From positions 11,842,001-11,906,000 of the forward strand of contig NC_135830.1 in the NCBI RefSeq assembly GCF_964213995.1: DNA of 64,000 nt. Direction: 5' to 3'. Shown one piece after another: positions 11,771-23,371 of this stretch (position 1 is the first letter of the stretch; each line of letters opens with the position of its first letter). The stretch is from Mustelus asterias (lineage: Eukaryota). The translations under genes were made by a program, and so were the position numbers. The notes below the pieces were generated by a model that saw only the letters and a list, made by a program, of their open reading frames with translations, was not told where the DNA came from and made no database searches.

Positions 11771-12800
11771 GACATCTGCGCCAGGTGAGGCTCAAGCTCA
11801 CAACCTCAGCATAGCCTGCTGGCTGTATTGCTGTATAATAATCACACGCTAACAGATTGCGCCACTGGAGCACTACGCCCCATTGACTGGCGTCAGATTA
11901 TTAATGGCTCCAACAGCGTCACCTCCGGCGAAGCCACACTTCAGTCGAGGAAACAAGCTCATCAATGATTCGCTCTTCCACGTCTCCACAGTGATTGAGA
12001 CAGGGACAAGCAGTTGGATATTAGCCTGCATTCTCCAATCACCCATCCGCTGCCAGCAGAATGCGGCGACTGCAACTTCAATCAGCGGGTTTCTGCCCAT
12101 TTCTGGGACACAGGATCCAACACGGTTCAAACCTCCCAATACACCGAACACAAACGCATGTAGATTATACCCCGTTCATGAACCTTTGAGCAGCATTTAC
12201 ACAATACCCCAATCAGTCACAAACTATATTCACAGCAACTTCCCAAAACTTTTCAGTGATAAATTCCTTCATTTGAGTGATACACTGAGTGTTGTGAATC
12301 TGGAAATGAACACAGTGGGATTTGTGTTACCCAGTGACTTGTTTCCCACTGTTTGTCCGTCAGGTTTGCAATTCCATTTGCGTTGTACATTGAAGCGAAT
12401 CTCATTTCAAAATGAGGAGAAAACAAGGAAAATATTAAATCTTGGAATAAATTCTGATGGAAATGGATCACAATATCTGGAAGGAATTGCAGTTGTGAAT
12501 GGTGTTATTGATGATTGAGTGGGAAATATTGGACACTTGGGCTTCCGTTGGTCAGTTCCCTTCCCTCATATTGAATTCCTCCCTGTTAAATGAGAAATTG
12601 ATTCATTTTACCTGCACGTTCAAAGGAGAAAGGGAATAACCACTACACCACGGTAATACTACGGAATCAACGTAACCAAAGAGGCTTGTATGGAATTGTA
12701 AATCGTGCGGTCATGTTGCAGCTCTGGACCAGAGTTTGCAGAAATTGAATTGTGGTCATTGACACCCTAGTTTAGGAAATCATTGGCAGCTTGTGTCTCA

Positions 12801-13615
12801 GTGTCTGTGGTACAATTGGTCAGCGCGTTCGGCTGCTAATTGAAAGGCTAGTGGTTCGAGACTTGTGAATGCAAGCAGGCTTTTTCCGCTGAGGCTCGGG
12901 GAGAAAAAAACCAGAGGGCATGGGTTAAAGGTGAAAGGAGAAAAGTTTAAAGGAAATATTAAGGGGGGCTTCTTCACGCAGAGAGTGGTGGGAGTGTGGA
13001 ATGAGCTGTCGGATAAAGTGGTAAATGCGGGGTTACTTTTAACATTTAAGAAAAACTTGGACGGGTTCATGGATGAGAGGGGTGTGGAGGGATATGGTCC
13101 AAGTGCAGGTCAGTGGGACTAGGCATAAAATGGTTCGGCACAGACAAGAAGGGCCAAAAGGCCTGTTTCTGAGCTGTTATTTTCTATGGTTCTTTCTATG
13201 GTTCTGGAGCGTAGGAGGCTGAGGGGTGACCTTATAGAGGTCTATAAAATAATGAGGGGCATAGACAAGGTAGATAGTCAATATCTTTTCCCAAAGGTAG
13301 GGGAGTCTAAAACTAGAGAGCATAGGTTTAAGGGGAGAGATACAAAAGTGTCCAGAGGGGCAATTTTTTCACACAGAGGGTGGTGAGTGTCTGGAACAAG
13401 CTGCCAGAGGTAGTAGTAGAGGCGGGTACAATTTTATATTTTAAAAAGCATTTAGATAGTTACATGGGTACGATGGGTATAGAGGGATATAGACGAAATG
13501 CGGGCAATTGGGATTAGCTTAGGGGTTTTAAACAAAAAAGGGTGGCATGGACAAGTTGGGCTGAATGGCCTGTTTCCATGCTGTAAACCTCTATGACTAT
13601 GACCATCCAGGCCCG
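12801..13615 (+). pseudogene. tRNA-Asn pseudogene split by CR1 insertions (12801-12862 + 13603-13615)
   Basis: 5' part matches Asn up to GGTTCGAG (anticodon mutated to GCT); 3' CCATCCAGGCCCG resumes after the LINE tails. Confidence 0.75.
12863..13602 (+). mobile_element. Two tandem 5'-truncated CR1 3' ends
   Basis: TRGH.LK, FFTQRVV..WN.L motifs twice; tails TTCTATGG (13203) and CTATGA (13602). Confidence 0.85.
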
Positions 13616-14889
13616 AGCTTTTGCTTTGTTCTCACCATCAGCATTCATCGACAAACAGTTGCGGGTTGGCAATGGGTCCGTGAGCGTCAATAAAAAATAG
13701 CCCTCAAGTGTTACCGGCTGTACTGTTATCTGGTGTTACCAACATTATTTAATGACTATTGATTTCAAACATATTACATGTAACATTGTATATTGGCTGC
13801 CATTACACCATTTAACTGAACAATTGCAATCAAAACATGAATTTGTGGCTGAGCATTTGTTCCAATTCCATATCCCTGCTTCCATTCGTTACTGGATAGA
13901 TCATAAATCTGTCTAACCCAGGCTGAAATGTGTTCAATGATGGAGCATCTTCAATCCTCTGGCGTAGAGAATTCCCAATATTCACTACCTTTCGAGTGAA
14001 GAAATTTCTCCTAATCTCTGTGCTAAATCATCAGCGCCTTATCCTGAGATTGTGCCCCGTGTTTTAGATTCCCGGGCCAGGGACAATAATGTCTCAGCAC
14101 CCACCCTATCAAACTCATAGAATCATAGAATCCCTGCAGTTTTTCAATGCGACCTATTCTTTCTCGTTAAAACTATTGACATTTTCCAGCATTTTCTGTT
14201 TTTGATTCCGTTTCCAGCATCCTCAGAATTTGCTTTTATTCTGTCTAAAATGCGGAGATCCAAACTGCACACACTATTCCAAGTGTGGTCTCAACAAAAA
14301 CCTGAATAACTGTGTACATTTCTGCAATCAGTAACTGGATCAGAAAGATGAGATATCTGTGTCTCTTTGTACTGTCATCTCGAAACCCCATATCCTCTCA
14401 ATGCTGTGTGTCATACATTCGCTTTCCCTGCTTTCCAGGCAAAACTCAGGTTCACCAAATGCCTGTGTCCGTATCAAGCAGCTAATTAACTCTGGGAAAT
14501 CGACAGCCAGAGGGAGCTGGATGAGAGGCAGCGACATAAACAGGAAGAGAAGCGACATGATCGTGCTTGGTAAATTACTTGTGTCAGCTGCTCTCCGTGA
14601 TGAATGCCTGCCCTGTGTTGCCTTGTAAGATTCACACAAGTCACAGTGATGATTTTGGTGGGTGTTAGGAATTGGAAGTGCCACATAAGCAGCTAGTTCA
14701 TCTACTGTCGATTTCATGTTCCAGATAATAGGAATCGCTGTTTTCATTGGCTGATGCAGTCCATTGTGTTCGATCTAAACATGAACATTTAAAGGAGAAA
14801 ATTGTTTTTGGTGAATAAATAGTTTCAAATAAAAATAGAAGGCAGATGTTTCATGGCTAAATTCGTTTTCTAAGGCTTTTGCATTAACT

Positions 14890-14961
14890 TCCCTGGTGGT
14901 CGAGAGTCACGGATTCGTCGCTTTCACCGCCGCGGCCTGGGTTCGATTCCTGGTCAGGGAA
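14890..14961 (+). tRNA. tRNA-Glu(TTC), D-arm degenerate (likely pseudogene)
   Basis: TCCCTGGTGGTC...CGCTTTCACCG...GGGTTCGATTCCTGGTCAGGGAA, 72 nt; A-box altered. Confidence 0.8.
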
Positions 14962-15542
14962 TGTAGATTAATTGCTGTTCAGCAACCTTGCGTTACTTCA
15001 TGGTCAGCAGTACTCCCCTTGGAGCCAGTATTACATCTGAATTGGAAATGTTGGATACAAAGAAAATCGAGAGAGGCTGCAAAGCGTTGACGATAGAAAT
15101 GATGATACGGGTTTAAATCTGGCTGTTAATGGGGTAGATTTTATTGTTTCCATTCGCACAAATACCTCGCAGATCTGTTTCCAAATCTCCGGCTCAATGA
15201 CAAGAAAGTCTTTAATTAAATTAAACAGTAAACTCTCCGACCTCCAGTGAAGTGGAGGCAGTTTTCACTCAGAAAACAGTAACTGTGAGATTAACAGCGT
15301 TGGATGGAGAAAGACTCCGTTTGAGCGGTGACACTGCGGGAGGAATGGAGCGTTGGAGTTCAGCCAGAAAAGCAGCCAAATTTTTTTTTAAATGGCTCCC
15401 AACATGGGCTGGAACCCACGGTCCATTAACGGTGATAAGTTAATGTTGTTCAGCAGGATTACTGCAAGATGGTTTATCACAGGTTGATACGAGCACTACT
15501 CTTTGAATGCAGTGAGCTGCAATAAAATTGAATGCAGTGGAA

Positions 15543-15830
15543 AGGGCGGCCCGGTGGCACTGTGGTTAGCACTGATACCTCACAGCGCCAAGGACTCAGG
15601 TTAAAAATTTCGGGTCACTAGCTGTACGGAGTTTGCATGTTCTCACCGTGTCTGTGAGGATTTCTTCTGGGGGCTCTTGTTTCCTTTCCAAAGATGTGCG
15701 TGTTAAGTTGATTGACCATGCTAAATTGACCCTAATGTCAGCGGAATTAGTAGGGTTTAAGGGAACAGGGCGTGGATGCGGAGTCGATGGGCCGAATGGC
15801 CTCCTTCTGTACTGTTCGATTCTATGACAG
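15543..15830 (+). mobile_element. tRNA-derived SINE (shark HE1-like)
   Basis: Head GGTGGCACTGTGGTTAGCACTG; core GGAGTTTGCATGTTCTC...GATGTGCG.GTTA; CR1-like tail GATGGGCCGAATGGCCT...TTCTATGA. Confidence 0.8.
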
Positions 15831-15950
15831 TTTATGACAGTAGACCTGCAGAGTTTCACTGGCTGTCTTGTCTGGAGACACGACACATCTTTTTAGCCTG
15901 TCTTGATCCTCTCTCCACTCACATTGTTTTGTTTCTTAAAGACTTGATTA

Positions 15951-18900
15951 CTTGAGCAGGCTGGCAGGTAGGATAGCTGAGGAACAGTGGAGGATTTTTA
16001 AGGAGATCCTTTTCAGTTCTCAGCAAAAATATATTCCAGCAAAAAACAAGGATTGTAAGAAAAGGGAGAACCAGCCGTGGATAACGAAGGAAATAAAGGA
16101 GAGTATTAAAATAAAAACAGCTGCGTACAGAGTGGCCAAAAATAGTGGAGAAACAAGTGATTGGGAAAAATTTAAGAAACAACAAAGAGAGACTAAGAAA
16201 GTGATAAAGAAAGGAAGGATAGACTATGAAGCTAGGCTAGCAATTAATATAAAAAATGATAGTAAAAGTTTTTATAAATATATAAAAAGGAATAGAGTGG
16301 CTAGAGTGAATGTTGGACCCTTGGAGGACGAGAGGGGGGAGTTAATAGTGGGAAATTAGGATATGGCTGAGTCTTTAAATACGTTTTTTGTGTCGGTCTT
16401 CACGGTGGAGGACACAAATAGTTTGCCAAATATTAACGATAGAGGGTTGGCAGCAGGAGAAATACTTAATACGATTAATGTTACCAGAGAGGCAGTGCTC
16501 GGTAGACTAATGGGACTGAAGGTGGACAAGTCCCCGGGTCCGGATGGAATGCATCCCAGGGTATTGAAAGAAATGTCAGAGGTAATAGTGGATGCGTTAG
16601 TGATTATTTATCAAAACTCGTTGCATTCTGGGGTAGTGCCGGTTGATTGGAAAACGGCTAATGTTACGCCGCTGTTTAAAAAAGGAAGGAGACAAAAGGC
16701 AGGTAACTATAGGCCGGTCAGCTTAACGTCTGTAGTAGGGAAAATGCTGGAATCCATTATTAAAGAGGAGATAGCAGGGCATCTGGATAGAAATGGTTCG
16801 ATCAATCAGACGCAGCATGGATTCATGAGGGGAAAGTCGTGCTTGACGAACATGTTGGATTTTTATGAAGATGTGACTAGGGCGGTTGATGGAGGAGAAC
16901 CGGTGGATGCGGTGTTTTTGGATTTCCAAAAGGCGTTTGATAAGGTACCCCATAAAAGGCTGCTGAAGAAGATTAGGGCACATGGAGTTGGGGGTAGTGT
17001 GTTAAAGTGGATTGGGGACTGGCTATCCGACAGGAAGCAAAGAGTCGGAATAAATGGGTGTTTTTCCGGTTGGAGGAAGGTAACTAGTGGCGTGCCGCAG
17101 GGATCGGTACTTGGGCCGCAACTGTTTACCATTTATATAGATGATCTGGAGGAGGGGACGGAGTGTAGGGTAACGAAGTTTGCAGACGACACAAAGATAA
17201 GTGGAAAAGTGAATCGTGTGGAGGACGGAGAAGATCTGCAGAGAGATTTGGACAGGCTGAGTGAGTGGGCGAGGATATGGCAAATGGAGTATAACGTTGA
17301 GAAATGCGAGGTTATACACTTTGGAGGAAATAATAACAAATGGGATTACTATCTCAATGGAAACAAATTAAAACATGCTACCGTGCAAAGGGACCTGGGG
17401 GTCCTTGTGCATGAGAATAATGTAAGGAGGAGCTACACGATAAATGGAAGAACCATAAAGGGTGTAGAGACGCAGAGGGACCTGGGTGTGCAAGTCCACA
17501 GATCTTTGAAGGTGACGTCACAGGTGGAGAAGGTGGTGAAGAAGGCATATGGCATGCTTGCCTTTATAGGACGGGGCATAGAGTGTAAAAGTTGGGGTCT
17601 GATGTTGCAGATGTATAGAACGTTGGTTCGGCCGCATTTGGAATACTGCGTCCAGTTCTGGTCGCCACACTACCAGAAGGACGTGGAGGCTTTGGAGAGA
17701 GTACAGAGGAGGTTTACCAGGATGTTGCCTGGTATGGAGGGGCTTGGTTATGAGGAGAGATTGGGGAAACTGGGGTTGTTCTCCTTGGAAAGACGGAGGA
17801 TGAGGGGAGACTTAACAGAGGTGTATAAAATTATGAAAGGCATAGATAGGGTAAACGGTGGGAAGCTTTTCCCCGGGTCGGTGGTGACGTTCACGAGGCG
17901 TCATAGGTTCAAGGTGAAGGAGGGGAGGTTTAACACAAATATCAGAAGGACATATTTCACACAGAGGGTCGTGGGGGCGTGGAATGTGTTGCCGGGCAAG
18001 GTGGTGGAGGCGGACACACTGGGAACGTTTAAGACTTATCTCGACAGCTATATGAACGGAGTGGGAATGGAGGGATACAAAAGAGTGGTCTAGTTTGAAC
18101 CAGGGAGCGGCGCGGGCTAATTGTTCCTTGTTTCTCGTGGAAGTGGAAATGACTAGGGTTGGGAAGCATTTTCCGATCAGGGCCATTGTGATCTCCTGGA
18201 CTCGTTTCGATCGCCTCAGGGGGTCGGAGAGGAATTTCCCAGATTTTTTTTTCCCCATATTGGCCCTGGGGTTTTTCACTCTGGGTTTTCGCCTCTCCCT
18301 GGAGATCACATGGTCTGGAATGGGGGGGTGGGGGTGAGTTAATAGGTTGTAATGAACAAAGCATCGTAGCTGTGGGGGACAGCTCGGTGGATAGGATATT
18401 GGTATGTAGATAGGCTGGAAAATTGGGCGGGGATCCTGGATTCAGGATTCAATCCTGGACCGGGGAGCGGCGCGGGCTTGGAGGGCCGAAGGGCCTGTTC
18501 CTGTGCTGTATTGTTCTTTAAAAAGACGCAAAAGCCCAGTCTGCAGGTACAACAGGTGATCAAGAAGGCAAATGGGATGTTGGCCTATATTGCGAGGGGG
18601 ATAGAATATAAAAGCAGGGATGTCTTGATGCACCTGTACAGGGCATTGGTGAGGCCGCAGCTGGAATACTGTGTGCAGTATTGGTCCCCTTATATGAGGA
18701 AGGATATATTGGCATTGGAGGGAGTGCAGAGAAGGTTCACCAGGTTGATACCGGAGATGAGGGGCTTGGATTATGAGGAGAGGCTGAGGAGATTGGGTTT
18801 GTACTCGTTGGAGTTTAGAAGGATGAGGGGGGATCTTATGGAGACTTATAAGATAATGCGGGGGCTGGATAGGGTGGAGGCGGAGAGATTCTTTCCACTT

Positions 18901-19218
18901 AGTAAGGAAGTTAAAACTAGAGGACACAGCCTCAAAATAAAGGGGGGTCGGTTTAAGACAGAGTTGAGGAGGAACTTCTTCTCCCAGAGGGTGGTGAATC
19001 TCTGGAATTCTCTGCCCACTGAGGTGGTGGAGGCTACCTCGCTGAATATGTTTAAAGCGCGGATGGATGGATTCCTGATCGGTAAGGGAATTAAGGGTTA
19101 TGGGGATCAGGCGGGTAAGTGGTACTGATCCACGTCAGATCAGCCATGATCTTATTGAATGGCGGGGCAGGCTCGAGGGGCTAGATGGCCTACTCCTGCT
19201 CCTATTTCTTATGTTCTT
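15951..19218 (+). mobile_element. 5'-truncated CR1 LINE 'A' (15951-17415 + 18524-19218)
   Basis: RT motifs (KSPGPDG, GVPQGSVLGP, KFADDTK); VLVHE|TQKPSLQVQQVIKKANG rejoins across the insertion; tail CTTATGTTCTT. Confidence 0.93.
17416..18523 (+). mobile_element. 5'-truncated CR1 LINE 'B' nested in CR1 'A', with an extended 3'UTR
   Basis: Second QRDLGV motif and its own C-terminus (stop 18093); tail GGAGGGCCGAAGGGCCTGTTCCTGTGCTGTATTGTTCTTT; same subfamily as 47642-48011 and 49388-49746. Confidence 0.9.
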
Positions 19219-19606
19219 AGTTGTAAGTATTCGCATTCCAACCATTATTCATGTAAATTGAGTTTGTGTCTTTATATGCTCTGTTTGTGAACAGAATTCC
19301 CACTCACCTGAAGAAGGGGCTTAGAGCTCCGAAAGCTTGTGTGGCTTTTGCTACCAAATAAACCTGTTGGACTTTAACCTGGTGTTGTTAAACTTCTTAC
19401 AGTATAGAATCGAACAGTGATTTTGACTGTAGGAACCAAAAGAGGCAACGCAAATATAAATTGCCGTGGGTAATTGACGGGATTATGGAATGGGACTGAT
19501 TTTTCTCTTTGCTGTTGAAACTGGCAAAAATATCACTCCTGTTTTCGATCAGGAAATAATTCCACCACCACTTAAATCATGTGGTGCAAGAAAACATACA
19601 TTTTCA

Positions 19607-19672
19607 TTCCCTGGCTGGGAATTGAACCACTGTGGTGAAAATGCCGAATCATAACCACCAGAACACCAGGGA
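19607..19672 (-). pseudogene. tRNA-Glu(TTC) pseudogene
   Basis: Minus strand TCCCTGGTG...GATTCGGCATTTTCACC...GGTTCAATTCCCAGCCAGGGAA, with a small deletion. Confidence 0.7.
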
Positions 19673-20359
19673 AAGTACCTGAAAGAACTTTAATCTAACC
19701 TATCCTTGCGAACCTAGCACATTATTTCTATTTCAGTAGTTTTTATTTTTAAACCAGGGACAAGTCTGTCTGACAAGTGCCTCTTGGTATAAATAAATTT
19801 ACTGCGGATGCTGGAATCTGAAACAAGAACAGAAAATGCTGGAAAATCTCAACAGATCTGAAAGCACCTGTGAAGAGAGAATAGAGCTAATGTTCACTGT
19901 CTCCATGACCCTTCGTCAGAGCTGAAGACAAAGAAATTTGGACGAGCTTTATATTGTAATGGTGAGGGATATGGGTGTGGGGTGGGTGACAAAGGTGTCA
20001 CATGTAAATAAGGAAAAAGTGAATTTTAATGGTCGTGATCATGGCGAAGAAGGGTGCCTCAGGCTGCCCATTAAGAGACGGAATGTATAAATGGCAGGAA
20101 AAAGGAAATGTAAGAGACGGCCCGAGTGGGGTGGAGGGAGAGGGGGCAACAAAATGGAAAGTGAGATTTTAAATAAACAATGCAAAACATGGAAATTAAA
20201 AAATATATATCTGAAAGAAGATATAAAATAATAAAACGAAGTAAAACAAAATAAATAGAAATGGGGTGAAGATGGAGCAGAGGAGATGTTCTGAAGTTGT
20301 TGAACTCAATGTTAAGATCGTAACGCAGTTAGTGCCGAATCGGGAGATCGGGCGATGTT

Positions 20360-20610
20360 TGCATTGGAGCGCCTCTTGGTACCGTTATTTATTGCCCCTT
20401 CCGTCACGTTACGGACGATCAGGAGTCGACTGATGGTAATCAGCGGCTTTGGATTTGACCTGATTTTTGTAAACCGGGCAATCTTGGGCAAATTGTAGCA
20501 TTGGCGGTTGACACCAGTGTTGTAGCTGAGGAACAGCTCAGCTGAGGTTGCGGCAAGTTCTGAAGCGCAATTCTTCAGCACCATTGCCGGAATATTTTTC
20601 AGGGCCATAG
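20360..20610 (-). mobile_element. Non-LTR retrotransposon RT fragment
   Basis: NIPAMVLKNCASELA..., a decayed RT N-terminal region. Confidence 0.6.
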
Positions 20611-21104
20611 AATTTGTTCTTTCCAATACCTTCAAGCTTTCTTTTTCTTGAATTAAATGGAACAGTGAAGTGTATCCGTTCCATTCAGTGTCTAACCCAC
20701 TCTGGCTCCATAATTATTGCTCTCGATAGATCTGCCTCAGTCCTTCCGCCTCTCAGTCTAACTATTCATTTCCCACTTTTGTTTTTGTCCCTTGTATTCT
20801 CTCCCTGCCTGTGTGGAACCAAGATTAATTGAATTGATTCCTGAAATGAGGCGGATGTTGAGCTGGGCATCCGCCCTGATTTTAACTGGCGAAGGAGATT
20901 CAATGGGACCTGCGACCCAATCCCCCTCCATTGATTCTCTTCACTGCCAATACCAGATTTAATAGCAATGTGTTCTGCTGGTGTTGTTGATGGGAAGTCT
21001 GAGACACTAAATTTAGGATAGCGAAATTTTTGGATGAGGGGGATCACTTAAATTACTATAAACGTTATGAACACCTTTGGTCAAACATGTGGTTTCTATT
21101 CGCC

Positions 21105-21250
21105 CGACTCCCCCTTGGGAGCGAGTCCCACATTCTCCCCCCCACTCCCCTGTAGGAACGAGTCCCACATTCTCCCCCACTCCCCGTGGGAGCAAGTCCC
21201 ACACTTTCCCCCACTCTCCGTGGGAGCAAGTCCCACATTCTCCCCCATTC
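21105..21250. repeat. Minisatellite, ~32-34 bp unit, ~4.5 copies
   Basis: GGGAGCAAGTCCCACATTCTCCCCCACTCCCCGT repeated. Confidence 0.85.
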
Positions 21251-21367
21251 CATTTTGCTGAGAGGAACCAGCAGACAGAATGTGAAGCGAGCAACTGACG
21301 GGTTTGTCGGAAGAGTTTAGTTGCTCCAGCAGTAAACCGGAACTGCTTCAAGTACACACGTCGCTAT

Positions 21368-21440
21368 CTTTCTGTACTATACTGGTTATCACCTTCATTT
21401 CGTACGTAAAAGGTCTCCTGTTCAAGACCAGGCAGAAACG
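21368..21440 (+). pseudogene. Heavily decayed tRNA-Val
   Basis: TTTCTGTA...TGGTTATCAC...AAAGGTCTCCTGTTCAAGACCAGGCAGAAAC, 73 nt colinear with Val. Confidence 0.6.
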
Positions 21441-22592
21441 TTTCCAAACGGTTTTATTTCAAAACGATTCAGATTTCAGAATTATTCTCGTTTCTCACGA
21501 AACATTAATTGAGCCGTTGATTTTTTTGCGGCATTGAAGACGGAAATCACTCAGTAAAGAGATTAAAAGGGAAGGTCTGTGATAGAGAGCAAAACAGGCT
21601 GGATTGAATGACACAAGGAATGATGGACAAGGGCAACAGTGGTTGCTTTTCATTATTTTTAAACTTTACTGCTTTCCTGGATGAATTCCAGCTCTCCATT
21701 CCTCCGGCGGTATCTCAGCTCAAACTGAGACTTTATCTCTTCAGCTTTGTTAGTCTCACAGTTACTGCTTTCTGCATGAAAACTGCTTGCAATCAGTCGA
21801 AGTCAAATAGTTTATTGCTAAATTCAGTGAGACGTTTCTTGTCATTCAGCACGATATTTTTATCCAGAAGTGAGTAATATTTCTGTCAATGCAAACGGTT
21901 AAATCAGACCAATTACCACTCAGATTGTACCTTGTCTACATCGTCAGCGCTTTGCATCCTCTCACTGTCTTTCATTATCCGTATTTGTTCTCGACCTGTT
22001 GCCCATGTGACATTTCCAATTCGGAAGCAAAACTACAAATCTCACTCCACTGATTCTGGCAGAGCTGCTTTCGAGTACAAAGATTACAGGTTTGTTTATC
22101 AAAACATTTAAATTTTAATTCATCGAAGCCAGTCTGCGACGCTGAAAGTACTGAACCCTAACCACTGGATCACCAGGATCTCATTTTCCTGATCCTCCCA
22201 AAGCCTTACTACAGGAATGTGCACAGTGCCAATTATCCACATTCACACACTCCTTCCTGTCTGTTAACTCATGAAATTGTTTATATTTTCACGGTGACTT
22301 TCAGTGTAACGAAAGCAGAGCTCTGATGAGCTGATGTTGTTCAGCATTTTTAACACAACGGGTTCATAAATGTTCGATGCAAGCATTGCCCTTTGAACAT
22401 GGTGAGCTACAGTGAAATTTAATGCGCTTGAAGCTAGCTTACTTATTTTTACATGAGGAACCAGCAAGGGCAATTTAAATATGAATTGCTGTAGGTAATT
22501 GACGGGATTGTGGCATGGGACTGATATTTTTCCCTGCTGTTCAAATTGGCGCAGGTATTGAGTGAACATTTTCAGGCTGCTATTGTGTGCTG

Positions 22593-22664
22593 GGTTCCGT
22601 GGTGTAATGGTGAGCGCTCTGGACTCTAAATCCAGCGACCTGAGTTTTAATCTCGGCGCCACCT
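22593..22664 (+). tRNA. tRNA-Gln body with a CTA (amber-reading) anticodon, probably a pseudogene
   Basis: GGTTCCGTGGTGTAATGGTGAGCGCTCTGGACT-CTA-AATCCAG...; T-loop TTTTAAT and two acceptor-stem mismatches. Confidence 0.8.
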
Positions 22665-23298
22665 TACTTTAATTTGAAGATGATTGATATGCTGAAGGGC
22701 GTTTAATTTTCTCACAAAGTACGAAAAGAGAGGACAATTTATCAGCCAGTTCAACTGCTATAGCAATGCACATTGCTGAGCCTCATTGTCTCGATATAAT
22801 CTCCCTCGGTCTCTCTGACTGTTTTTATTACGTTGACCTCTTTTGCTCTTTGCTCTCTCTCTATTCTCTCGCTCTCTGTGTGTAACCAAGTTTCACTGGA
22901 TTGATTCCTGCGTTTCTCCTGGGAGGAGAGATTCAGTGGGATGAGTCTGTTCGCTCTGGAGTTAGAATAATCAGAGGTGATCTTGTTGAAATGTCTGAAA
23001 CTGGGAAACAGTTTAACAGTGTTCGTGCTGACAGGCTGCTCCCCCCAGCTTTAACGAGATTACTTTGGACAAAAATAAATATGTAAGAGGAGTTTGCAAT
23101 GTTTGGGAGAGGTGAGGCTAAGAAGTGGAAGATGTGAATGATGTAAAATTGATGATTGAGTGCAACGCATGGTAACCTTCGGGATTCTGTAGATCGATAC
23201 ATTGTAAACTTTGAAATCAGAACAAGCTGAGACAGCAGATGGCAAACACATATTTGCCTCCATGCATTTTTGGTCATAGAAAAGGCATTAGCTCTCGT

Positions 23299-23371
23299 GC
23301 CTGGCTAGCTCAGTCGGTAGAGCATGAGACTCTTAATCTCAGGGCCATGGGTTTGAGCCCCACGTTGGGCG
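23299..23371 (+). tRNA. tRNA-Lys(CTT), probably pseudogenised
   Basis: 73 nt; T-loop TTTGA (C56T) damages the B box; other transition changes. Confidence 0.85.

Larger units (their letters stand above)
15842..19400 (+). mobile_element. PLE pLTR (15842-15950 + 19219-19400) split by nested CR1s; hammerhead at 19300-19344
   Basis: The two halves join (GACTTGATTA|GTTGTAAGTATTCGC) to match the reverse complement of about 5105-5392. Confidence 0.85.

Noticed and set aside
11883-12518. 211-aa ORF
   Set aside because: Non-ATG start, no recognisable motif, composition shifts midway; probably chance or old repeat.
15390-15430. tRNA T-arm-like sequence on the minus strand
   Set aside because: Too short and degenerate to assign an isotype.
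18195-18225. Hammerhead-like CTGAGG-CGATC-GAAAC-GA-GTC on the minus strand
   Set aside because: The core lacks CUGANGA, there is no stem I, and it is antisense to the LINE; the plus-strand fold explains the region better.
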